From: a bacterium
GTDB taxonomy: Bacteria; Patescibacteriota; Minisyncoccia; Phycocordibacterales; UBA9973
DNA length: 64,000 nucleotides
NCBI GenBank assembly: GCA_037143195.1
Contig: JBAWZD010000001.1
Coordinates: 144,892 to 208,891, forward strand
Direction of reading: 5' to 3'
Numbering within the stretch: the stretch's first letter is position 1; each line of letters opens with the position of its first letter. Shown piece by piece: positions 1 to 10,184 of this stretch. A program made the translations under genes and the position numbers. The notes beneath the pieces were generated by a model. That model was not told where the DNA came from and searched no databases. It saw nothing but the letters and a program-made list of their open reading frames with translations.

Positions 1-1
1 G

Positions 2-3000
2 CTTGCAATCGTTTCTTCATTTTTTTTCTACACTTCTCATACAACTCACGCCGATACCGCAACATACACTGTTACAACGCTCGCTGATAACGTAGACGAT
101 AGTACGTGTACTCTGAGCTCGTGTACGCTTCGTGAAGCCGCGAATGCTGCAAGTGCAACTGCCGGTGCGACAATCAATTTTGCTTCTGATGTCACGGGTA
201 CGATTACGGTGAATGACTCACTTGGTTCAATCACGATACCAAATAGTTTGAGCATCGTTGGTCCGGGGGCGAGCAAGCTCACCATTTCGGGCAACGACCT
301 CATTCAAGTCATTGTGATTGCTTCAGCAGACATAACTGCGACGATTAGTGGTGTGACTATTGCGCATGGTCAGTCTCAAGGAGGTTCGGCAATCAATAGC
401 TCTGGAATACTGACAGTCCACGACGTGACGTTCAAGAACAACAACGGTGGAGCTGGCGCAACTATTTCAAGTAGTGGCCCGAGTCTTACTGTGACAAACT
501 GTCTTTTTGTGGGGAATACCGCAGGTGATGGTGGAGGTATCATCGCAAGTACTGGAACAATCTCAGTCACTGGTTCAGAGTTTCTTGGAAACACGGCAAG
601 TGATGCGGGTGGGGCGATTTACGCTACCGGAGATGCCTCGCTCACAGTCACTGACTCTACGTTTGACGGCAATAGTACAGCTGGCAACGGAGGTGCGATC
701 GACAATGAGTCATCGAATATCTTGACGCTCGTTCGCGATACGTTCCGATCCAACATGTCGCCAAACGGAAATGGAGGAGCGGTATACAGCGTGAGTAATG
801 TTCAAACAACCGATGGTTCATTTTCGAACAACAACTCAAATGGCTCCGGAGGTGCTATCGCAACAAATGGAAGTAGTGTGTCGACAGATGGTACAGACTT
901 CACCTCGAACGTTGCATCAAATGATAACGGAGGTGCCATCTATGTGAATGGAAGTGGTCTTGGTCTCGGCAGTAGTATTATTGGTGGAACATTCTCTGGC
1001 AATCTTTCACATGGATGTAACGGAGGAGCTATCTATGGTACTGCTACCTCGGCATTCAGTATTTCAAATGCGAGATTTATGAGGAATATGGCCGTGTGTG
1101 CGGGAGGGGCACTCTTCATCGCAGACAATAGTACGATTTCAGGCAGTACATTCGAAGGCAACCGAGCGTCCACAAACGGAGGTGCGATTAAGTACAGTAA
1201 CGGCACAACGCACACAATCGAAAGTAGTTCGTTTACAAATAACACGGCTGATTCGAACGGTGGAGCTATTTTCCAAGCCTCTGGTTCGCTCAGTGTTTCT
1301 GTAAACACGACATTCACTGGTAATTCGATTGGAATGCATACAGGTGGAACAGGTGGAGCTATCGACGCTGAAGGAGGAAGTTTGTCTCTTGCAGAAACAA
1401 CATTTTCTGACAACCACGCCAACCTTTACGGATGCGGTGGGGCGGTGAGTACGTATTCAGATACAACCATTCACGATAGTACGTTTACGAATAACCATGG
1501 TCTCGCTGGTGGAGCAATGTGTATATTCAACGGACGCACGGTGACCATTGATGACTCAAGCTTCACTCGAAACATGGCAAACGATGATGCGGGAGGTGCT
1601 ATTTATCACGATGGCGGAGATCTTACGATTCAAAATTCAATCTTTAACGAAAACCAAGTAAATGATGGGAATCAAGGAGGCGCAATTTTGGCCGGAGGTA
1701 ATTCTCTGACGATTAGCGGTACTGCATTTACGCACAATGCTTCTCGAGGAAACGCTGGTGGAGCGATTTACTCATCCGAGCAGATGATTTCCATCGCACA
1801 ATCTTCGTTTGTCGGCAACACTGCATTTGGTGGAAACGGAGGAGCATTGTTCTTGACTGGAGCGACATCCGCGTCAGTGAGCGACACAACATTTTCTCAA
1901 AACTCAGCTACTAATGGTGGAGCCGTTTCGACGGGAGTCAGTGTTGGATTCACAAATACAACATTCGATAACAACAGTGCGATACTCACTGCTGGAAGTG
2001 TTTATGTAGTAGGTGGTACTGTCTCCGCGCAAAGTTCAATCTTCTCACGAGGACTTCCAACAAACTGTAATGCAGCCCTCCATACGAGTGGGCACAATAT
2101 CGAAACAGGCACGGACTGTGGACTGCTCGACGCCTCAGACAAGCAATCGACGAGTCCTCATCTTGATCCAGAAGGTCCAAAAATTTCAACGACTGGACCG
2201 ACGCTCGGAGGACTGCACTATTTGTATACGGTAGCGCTTACATCGAGCTCTACGGATGCTATCGATGCTGGTGCGAGTTGTAGTAGTGCGGACGAGCGTG
2301 GGGTAGCGCGTATCGGTACGTGTGATATCGGAGCGTACGAATATGATGCAAGCAACCCACAATCGATTGCAACTCCAATCGTTTACAATACACCGACAAT
2401 CATTGTGACTCGTTTTGACGATCCTGTCGGAGGAACGTGTGTTTCTGGTACGGATTGTTCTCTTCGTCAGGCTGTCGCGTTTGCAACAAGCGGAGAGACG
2501 ATTGGTTTTGATTCATCACACCTTGGAACATTCACACTCACATCTCCGATTGTTGTCGACAAAACAATTCAGATTTCTGGGTTAGGCGAAAATCTGACTA
2601 CGCTATCTGGCGGTGGAAATTCTCAAATTTTCTCAGTCACTTCAGACGGCAATCTTTCGCTTAATAATCTGACCATCGCAGATGGTAATGGTGGATCAGG
2701 TGATGCTGGCGCGATCGACGTTGTCGGTCCAATTACGACAGACTTCGTTACTTTCCGAAACAACATAGCTCCAAACGGAGAAGGAGGAGCTGTGTATGGT
2801 GAATGTGACGTCGTCGGCAGAACTATTGCTTTCACAAACACGATGTTCGAGGGCAACTTCGCGCTTACTGGTGGAGCGGTATACAACTGTGGCACAACTT
2901 CTGATTTGAACATGCTCACGACCGCGAACGATATTTTTGTAAACAACTACGCTTCAACCGGAAGTGGAGGTGCTATCTACACAATGAATAGTTCACTTGG

Positions 3001-5338
3001 TGTTACGAGTTCGTTGCTGATTAGTAACTCATCAGGCAACGAAGGAGGAGCTGTATATGTTACTGCGACGAGTGTTGAACCAGTGATTACCGTTTCCAAT
3101 TCAGAATTGATAAACAACTGGTCGTACAACGGTGGAGGAGGTCTCTCAAATGGATTGAGTGCTCTCGTACACATACATCTTACCGGAGGTACAATCTTTC
3201 GAGGTAATGTTGCTGAACATAATCCAGGTGGAGCATTCAATTTGAATAGCGCCTATCTTGATGAAATTTCAAATGTCACTTTTACTGGCAATCAGTCGTC
3301 AACAAGTTATGGAGGTGCGGCGAGTTTGTTCGGCTTGCTTAACACAGCTGTTGTGTTTGATGCTGTGCACTTCGATAGTAATTTTTCATCAAGTGTTGGA
3401 GGTGGGCTTCTCATTTATACAAGTGCGAACGTCACCATGCAAAACGGAACTGAATTTACTGGCAACAACTCTGGCAATAACACACCGGCTGGTGCAGCGT
3501 ATATTCATGCGAATAGTCTTGCGATCGCGAATGCTGAGTTTACTTACAATACATCGTGGGGAGAATCTGGCGGAGCACTATTTGTCGATAATACGCCCTA
3601 TACGATTGATCAGAGTACATTTACGGGAAATAAATCAGTCAATGGAAATGGTGGAGTTTTGTATGCATCAAATAATGGGGATGCGGAGAGTGGGACAATC
3701 ACGCGGTCTATCTTTGACGGGAATATGACTGTTGGAGGAACGGGAGGTGCGATTATGGTTACACGAGGTTCAGGTTCGACTACGGTGACAGACTCAACGT
3801 TCCTCAACAACTACACATACGATGGTGGCGATGGGGCGATTCATAGCGAAGGAACAGGACTTACAGTTGCTGGCTCTTCATTCCTTGGAAATGGAGCATA
3901 TGATGTAGCTGTCGGAGCTGTTGGGCACTATGCAGGCAATCTTTCAATCTCGGGAACAACATTCGCATATAATAGTACCGTTGGGTATGCCGGTGCTGTC
4001 TATGATCAATCAAACGGAACAAGCACAGTAAAGAATTCGACATTCTACCGCAACTTTGCACCAGTCGACGAAGCTGGAGGATATTATCACGATGGAAGTT
4101 CGGCGCTCACAATCAACAACACGACATTCGCAGAAAACGTATCAAACTCTGAGGGTGGTAGTGGATTGTTTACCTACGCTCCGACCGTCGTAACAAACTC
4201 AATCTTCGCAGGTTCTCCGCTTGCATCATGTCACGACACTGGAAGTCATATTGATGCGGTGAATTCGATGTATAACGTCGATGATGCGAGTGGGTGTTTT
4301 GACGCAGAAAATCATAATCAAAATAATGTAAATGGAGCAACTGTCTTCTCGAGTAGTGGTCTTGCTGCGAACGGCGGAAATACACTAACACTCGCGCTTG
4401 CGATGCATTCACCTGCAATCGACGCCGGAAGCGACACGACATGTGAGACGACTGACCAGACAGGCCGAACACGTGCAGGCAATGGCGTAGCCTGTGATGC
4501 AGGAGCTGTCGAGTCTCATTACGATGTTGTGACAGAGACACCAACACTTGCGAGCCCTACGAACGGTGCATCATACGCACGCACCGATTCAATTTCCGTT
4601 TCGTTTAATCTCCCTGAAACACCATATGCAAATAGTATCGTCCTCACATTCGCTCCATCGAGTGGAGATCCAATTGTGATTCATCTTCGTGACGCGGAAC
4701 CAAATCGCTTGAATACATTTTCTCTTCCGATTAGTAGTGGAATTACGACTGGTGTTACAGAAGTCGTGTCTGCAACTGCTGACAGTATTCCTGCGGGAAC
4801 ATACACAGTAACGCTGTCGTACCGCGATGCAAACAATAATCCTCAGGCTTCGGCAAGTGCAACTGGTGTTGTTGTCGCTGGCGCAGTCACACACGGCGGT
4901 GGTGGCGGAGGAGGCGGAGGAATTCTTCTTACAAACAAGACTGATACAACGCAGACGATCACTCCACCTGTCGCGCAGGTAGTGACTCCCGTCAAACAAG
5001 TTGTCGCAGAGAAAACTGTCGTTGCGACTGGGCTTCCTGCAGGATTCCAATTCACCAAAAATCTCAAACCGCAGATGAGCAATAAAGATATCGTGATGTT
5101 GCAGATTTTCTTGAACGCAAACGGCTTCACTGTTACAAAAAATGGTCAGGGATCAAAAGGCAATGAGAGTCCATACTTCGGAGCAAAGACCAAGCTCGCG
5201 CTCATCAAATTCCAAGAAGCATATGCCAAAGATATCCTTGTCCCACAAGGATTGACCAAGGGTACGGGCAATCTCGGAACGTTCACTCGCAAGGTATTGA
5301 ATGCGTGGATCGCCGGGGCACAGAAAGCGACACAATAA
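2..5338 (+). CDS. Giant cell-surface protein (5' partial). Tandem parallel beta-helix (PbH1/Pmp-like 'NGGAIY') repeats, an Ig-like region, a poly-Gly linker and a C-terminal peptidoglycan-binding (PG_binding_1-like) domain.
   Basis: The reading frame is open back to the window edge; the 209 ATG is internal. The upstream in-frame peptide (...TYTVTTLADNVDDSTCTLSSC...) looks like the mature N-terminus. There are dozens of roughly 22-25 aa repeats with a GGA(I/V)Y core. GGGGGGGGG lies at about 4896-4922. The C-terminus 'DIVMLQIFLNANGF...FGAKTKLALIKFQEAY' matches PG-binding domain hallmarks. Confidence 0.8.
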   Translation, partial: LAIVSSFFFYTSHTTHADTATYTVTTLADNVDDSTCTLSSCTLREAANAASATAGATINFASDVTGTITVNDSLGSITIPNSLSIVGPGASKLTISGNDLIQVIVIASADITATISGVTIAHGQSQGGSAINSSGILTVHDVTFKNNNGGAGATISSSGPSLTVTNCLFVGNTAGDGGGIIASTGTISVTGSEFLGNTASDAGGAIYATGDASLTVTDSTFDGNSTAGNGGAIDNESSNILTLVRDTFRSNMSPNGNGGAVYSVSNVQTTDGSFSNNNSNGSGGAIATNGSSVSTDGTDFTSNVASNDNGGAIYVNGSGLGLGSSIIGGTFSGNLSHGCNGGAIYGTATSAFSISNARFMRNMAVCAGGALFIADNSTISGSTFEGNRASTNGGAIKYSNGTTHTIESSSFTNNTADSNGGAIFQASGSLSVSVNTTFTGNSIGMHTGGTGGAIDAEGGSLSLAETTFSDNHANLYGCGGAVSTYSDTTIHDSTFTNNHGLAGGAMCIFNGRTVTIDDSSFTRNMANDDAGGAIYHDGGDLTIQNSIFNENQVNDGNQGGAILAGGNSLTISGTAFTHNASRGNAGGAIYSSEQMISIAQSSFVGNTAFGGNGGALFLTGATSASVSDTTFSQNSATNGGAVSTGVSVGFTNTTFDNNSAILTAGSVYVVGGTVSAQSSIFSRGLPTNCNAALHTSGHNIETGTDCGLLDASDKQSTSPHLDPEGPKISTTGPTLGGLHYLYTVALTSSSTDAIDAGASCSSADERGVARIGTCDIGAYEYDASNPQSIATPIVYNTPTIIVTRFDDPVGGTCVSGTDCSLRQAVAFATSGETIGFDSSHLGTFTLTSPIVVDKTIQISGLGENLTTLSGGGNSQIFSVTSDGNLSLNNLTIADGNGGSGDAGAIDVVGPITTDFVTFRNNIAPNGEGGAVYGECDVVGRTIAFTNTMFEGNFALTGGAVYNCGTTSDLNMLTTANDIFVNNYASTGSGGAIYTMNSSLGVTSSLLISNSSGNEGGAVYVTATSVEPVITVSNSELINNWSYNGGGGLSNGLSALVHIHLTGGTIFRGNVAEHNPGGAFNLNSAYLDEISNVTFTGNQSSTSYGGAASLFGLLNTAVVFDAVHFDSNFSSSVGGGLLIYTSANVTMQNGTEFTGNNSGNNTPAGAAYIHANSLAIANAEFTYNTSWGESGGALFVDNTPYTIDQSTFTGNKSVNGNGGVLYASNNGDAESGTITRSIFDGNMTVGGTGGAIMVTRGSGSTTVTDSTFLNNYTYDGGDGAIHSEGTGLTVAGSSFLGNGAYDVAVGAVGHYAGNLSISGTTFAYNSTVGYAGAVYDQSNGTSTVKNSTFYRNFAPVDEAGGYYHDGSSALTINNTTFAENVSNSEGGSGLFTYAPTVVTNSIFAGSPLASCHDTGSHIDAVNSMYNVDDASGCFDAENHNQNNVNGATVFSSSGLAANGGNTLTLALAMHSPAIDAGSDTTCETTDQTGRTRAGNGVACDAGAVESHYDVVTETPTLASPTNGASYARTDSISVSFNLPETPYANSIVLTFAPSSGDPIVIHLRDAEPNRLNTFSLPISSGITTGVTEVVSATADSIPAGTYTVTLSYRDANNNPQASASATGVVVAGAVTHGGGGGGGGGILLTNKTDTTQTITPPVAQVVTPVKQVVAEKTVVATGLPAGFQFTKNLKPQMSNKDIVMLQIFLNANGFTVTKNGQGSKGNESPYFGAKTKLALIKFQEAYAKDILVPQGLTKGTGNLGTFTRKVLNAWIAGAQKATQ

Positions 5339-5361
5339 CAGCTTGTGGTATACTAGCTCCC

Positions 5362-6609
5362 GTGAAAAATGCATCAAATCATTATGATGTGATCGTCATC
5401 GGAGGCGGAGCCTCGGGGATGTTTGCAGCAGGACGCGCAGCCGAACTCGGCAAGCGCGTTTTGTTGCTTGAGAAAAACAAACAGCTCGGCGAGAAGCTCA
5501 AAATTTCTGGTGGTGGTCGTTGCAATATTACGAACGCGACTTACGACACACGAGCACTGCTCGCAAATTATGGCGACGCATCTCCGTTCCTCTTTTCGCC
5601 ATTTTCCAAATTTGGAGTCAAAGATACATTTACGTTTTTTGAGTCGCGTGGATTGCCACTCGTCGTTCAAGCACGCAACCGCGCGTTTCCGTCGACTGAA
5701 AAATCTGTCGACGTCATTCGCACACTCGACGGATATCTGCGAAAGGGAAATGTCGAAATCAAATCGGGCATCACAGTCAAGCGTCTCACGAAGCATGATG
5801 GTCTTGTATCTGGCGTGGAGACTCCAGCTGGAGTATTTACCGCAGAGACATATGTGCTCGCGACAGGTGGCGTCTCGCATCCGGAAACTGGTTCCACTGG
5901 TGATGGATTCAAATGGCTCGCCGACCTCGGGCATACGATCAAACAGCCGACGCCGACCATCGTGCCACTCGCAGTTGCAGAAGAGTGGGTCCACATGCTC
6001 TCCGGTGTGTCGCTCTCGTTTATGAAAATTACATTCTTTCTTGAGGACAAAAAACAATTTTCGAAAACGGGCAAAATTTTGTTTACCCATTTTGGACTTT
6101 CGGGTCCGCTCATTTTGAATTCGGCGGGCAAGGTGGGGGATTTGTTGCAGGAAGGGCGCGTGAGCGCCCGTATCGACGCGTATCCAGATACGGAAATCGG
6201 TGCGCTTGATGCACAGATCACAAAACATTTTGATGCAAACAAAAACAAAATGCTCAAAAATATTTTGAAAGAAATCGTCCCCGAAGGTATGGCCCCAGGT
6301 ATCGCGCAATTGCTCACCGCAATCAATCTTGATACCAAAGTGCACAGTATTACAAAAGCTGAGCGTCGCATCATCGTCGATACGTTAAAAGCGCTTCCCG
6401 TCACCATCACCAATCTCATGGGATACGACAGAGCCGTCGTCGCCGACGGAGGCTTGTCGCTGAGTGAGATAGATACCAAAACGATGCGCTCGAAAATAAC
6501 ACCAAACCTCGCCGTCACCGGCGACCTACTCCACATCAATCGCCCAAGTGGTGGCTACTCACTCCAACTCTGCTGGACCAGTGGCTGGGTCGCAGGCTCA
6601 AACGCGTAA
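5362..6609 (+). CDS. HI0933-like FAD-dependent flavoprotein (aminoacetone-oxidase / NAD(FAD)-utilising dehydrogenase family)
   Basis: 'HYDVIVIGGGASGMFAAGRAAELG' is a Rossmann FAD motif and the length and remaining sequence fit the HI0933 family. The start is placed at the in-frame GTG 5362, just after the previous stop and 8 nt after TGgTATACT. The 5305 ATG of the ORF track overlaps the upstream gene. Confidence 0.75.
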   Translation: MKNASNHYDVIVIGGGASGMFAAGRAAELGKRVLLLEKNKQLGEKLKISGGGRCNITNATYDTRALLANYGDASPFLFSPFSKFGVKDTFTFFESRGLPLVVQARNRAFPSTEKSVDVIRTLDGYLRKGNVEIKSGITVKRLTKHDGLVSGVETPAGVFTAETYVLATGGVSHPETGSTGDGFKWLADLGHTIKQPTPTIVPLAVAEEWVHMLSGVSLSFMKITFFLEDKKQFSKTGKILFTHFGLSGPLILNSAGKVGDLLQEGRVSARIDAYPDTEIGALDAQITKHFDANKNKMLKNILKEIVPEGMAPGIAQLLTAINLDTKVHSITKAERRIIVDTLKALPVTITNLMGYDRAVVADGGLSLSEIDTKTMRSKITPNLAVTGDLLHINRPSGGYSLQLCWTSGWVAGSNA

Positions 6610-6620
6610 GCGGTATTGTG

Positions 6621-6649
6621 TTGACACCCAAATGCATATTTGCTACATT
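6621..6649 (+). promoter_or_regulatory. Sigma70-type promoter TTGACA-17-TAcATT with extended -10 (TGcTACATT)
   Basis: TTGACA 6621-6626, a 17-nt spacer, then TACATT 6644-6649 with TG at -14/-15. An ATG follows 6 nt downstream at 6656. Confidence 0.55.
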
Positions 6650-6655
6650 CAGTTT

Positions 6656-6730
6656 ATGTTCGCAACAAAGAACACAACAGCAGTCGTCGTGGTCGTCACC
6701 TTTCATCGAGGGGGCCATTTTGTTGCATAA
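6656..6730 (+). CDS. Candidate leader peptide, 24 aa: MFATKNTTAVVVVVTFHRGGHFVA, with five consecutive Val codons
   Basis: The ATG is 6 nt after the extended -10. Val codons run 6683-6697. The stop at 6728-6730 lies 25 nt before an intrinsic terminator. The ORF contains GGGGGCC (6710-6716), which is identical to the 3' arm of that terminator. Confidence 0.3.
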   Translation: MFATKNTTAVVVVVTFHRGGHFVA

Positions 6731-6754
6731 GAACGATTACACACAAACAACAAA

Positions 6755-6786
6755 AAGAACGGCCCCCGAAAGGGGGCCGTTCTTTT
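6755..6786 (+). terminator. Rho-independent terminator, 12-bp G/C-rich stem with a GAAA loop, T-tract on both strands
   Basis: agaacggccccc-gaaa-gggggccgttct followed by tttg. The reverse complement is followed by ttttt. Confidence 0.7.
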
Positions 6787-6971
6787 GCAACCACCCTTCG
6801 AGCCACCGTTTCCGGAGTGAGCACATCGCTCCCAAAACGGTGGTCCGAAAATGAGACCCGTAGTTGTGTCTCCGCTGGTGGCGGGGGTACAGAACGGAGC
6901 TGGAGAGCTTCTAAAACAAATCACTCCGGACCATAAAAATAGTTATTTAAAAATTAAATAGGGAACAAATC

Positions 6972-8795
6972 ATGAAAGATAAACTAATAGTAAACGATAT
7001 CAGGGAATTAGCTGATAAGTTGGGGTGGCATCATTTTCAGTTAGAAGTAGTGATTAATCATCCATTCAAACGAATCAAAGCAAGTACCATGTCTGATCTA
7101 TGGAAACAATTAGATAAGTATTGTCTTGGTTTTTCATACGATAAACATGGCAGGTATGGTTCAAATGAAACCGAAGAAGAGATTTTCAGCGAAATTCTTT
7201 GTTTTTTAAGAACCGCATTTGAGATGAGTCAGACACTTCAAGATTATGCTGAGGTCGCGATTTATTGCGATATTACTCATCACTTTTCGTACTTGCGTAG
7301 CCAAGCACTTGAAAAATGGAATCAGGTACTGCTGAACACTGAAAATTTGGTGCTTGCGTATCAAGAATTAAAGGGCTATGCCGATTCGTTGACGAAAATG
7401 TCTGATGATCTGTCTAGAAGAGTAAAACTTAGGGGTTATTATGGGATTGAACGTCTTAAAAAATGTTGTGAACTGTATCCGATGTTTCGAGTTTGCTTAT
7501 TTCAAAGCGAAGACACCGGTATAATCTATGTGTCACCTCTTTCGAGAAAAACGAAAGTTTTTGTAGGCGAAAGTATGGTTGATATTGAGCATGAGGCGAG
7601 CAGGAGGATTTACGCTGAAGTAGAGAAATTAGGCCTCAGTGAAGCTATTTGTTATCTTAGCAACTTAATCTCGAAGCCAGACACTCTCGGGTTCGATCGT
7701 CAGGTTAAACAAGACTGTATAAAAAAGGTTATGCAGAAGGTTGCAAGTTTTCAGGACGCATATACTGTATATAAAACATACAAAAACTATCAGGCGGAGG
7801 CGGCTGAATTGATGAACAAGTTTGCGTCATCGTTTGAGGACAAGTATGAGTGTCTTTCGTTAACAAAGTTCTGGAGTGAGGATTACGATAAAAAATATAA
7901 GGCTCTGTTATTTATTTGCGACGCAGAAAATCAAATTTTTTTGCTGTGGGGTGCTCATCTTGATCGAGTAAACTCACTTCTAGGTTCACAAACTTGGCAA
8001 CTAATACATCGTGTTGCAACTATTGCTTTCGTAACATTTCAAAGATTAGTTCAAGTAAATCCGCAGTACAAGAACACTCCGGCTGGCGATACGAGGATTA
8101 ATCAGTTCGAATCACAAATCGCTCAAAATTATTCTGGCAATAGTGATTCAATCGATCTCATTACGTTCTACAGAATTCGCTCTAGTACAATTTCGTTTAA
8201 ATTTCTGTACGAGTTGGCGAAAAAAAGAAACACGGCTAGCCTGATTTCATTTTGGAATGAAAAAACCATAGATGCGCTCGGTAGTGCAACAACCGAACAT
8301 GATTTCGAGCAGATATTCCTATTTGGTTATCTGGAAAATAATGATTGGGAGAGCTGTGCGAGTAAATGGATCGCGATAGCAGACAAATTAGATTCACTAA
8401 AAAAAATCGAAGCACAAATAGTGGAAAAAAAGTTGAGCGATAATTACAAAAAGTTTTTTCTAAAAAGACTGCTAGAACTCATTGAAAATCCAACGCTATC
8501 CAGTTTGGATATTCAAACGTATGCTTTCGAGGCATTCAAGAGAGCAAGTGACTCTAAACAAGAAAAATACTTACTCGAAAAAATCTATTCTACATTTACA
8601 ACTAAACAACAATTAAATTTCAGAATTATGGAAAATGAACAGACAGGTAATGACCAAGAAATTACCAACAAAGTAGAGGATACAGTTCCTCAGATACTGC
8701 CTCAGGAAAAAACTGAAAGTGTAACGGCTAAACCAGCTGAACACTGGTCACGAGCCGAGGACAATGCGGAAACGCATTATGAAACAAAACTCTAA
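6972..8795 (+). CDS. Hypothetical cytoplasmic protein of 607 aa. AT-rich orphan with no recognisable domain.
   Basis: Long intact ORF with an AGGGA Shine-Dalgarno 9 nt upstream. Markedly lower GC than flanking genes. Helical composition with no TM segment or signal peptide. Confidence 0.6.
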   Translation: MKDKLIVNDIRELADKLGWHHFQLEVVINHPFKRIKASTMSDLWKQLDKYCLGFSYDKHGRYGSNETEEEIFSEILCFLRTAFEMSQTLQDYAEVAIYCDITHHFSYLRSQALEKWNQVLLNTENLVLAYQELKGYADSLTKMSDDLSRRVKLRGYYGIERLKKCCELYPMFRVCLFQSEDTGIIYVSPLSRKTKVFVGESMVDIEHEASRRIYAEVEKLGLSEAICYLSNLISKPDTLGFDRQVKQDCIKKVMQKVASFQDAYTVYKTYKNYQAEAAELMNKFASSFEDKYECLSLTKFWSEDYDKKYKALLFICDAENQIFLLWGAHLDRVNSLLGSQTWQLIHRVATIAFVTFQRLVQVNPQYKNTPAGDTRINQFESQIAQNYSGNSDSIDLITFYRIRSSTISFKFLYELAKKRNTASLISFWNEKTIDALGSATTEHDFEQIFLFGYLENNDWESCASKWIAIADKLDSLKKIEAQIVEKKLSDNYKKFFLKRLLELIENPTLSSLDIQTYAFEAFKRASDSKQEKYLLEKIYSTFTTKQQLNFRIMENEQTGNDQEITNKVEDTVPQILPQEKTESVTAKPAEHWSRAEDNAETHYETKL

Positions 8796-8831
8796 ATGCA
8801 TTAAAAGGCTCTAAAAAACGGAGTCTTTTAA

Positions 8832-10184
<1,353 letters not shown>

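Noticed and set aside
5374-6539. Long minus-strand ORFs (323 aa and 290 aa) inside the flavoprotein gene
   Set aside because: They are antisense to a well-supported CDS and their translations are low-complexity (Arg/Cys/Ser-rich) with no motifs. This is a typical shadow-ORF artifact.
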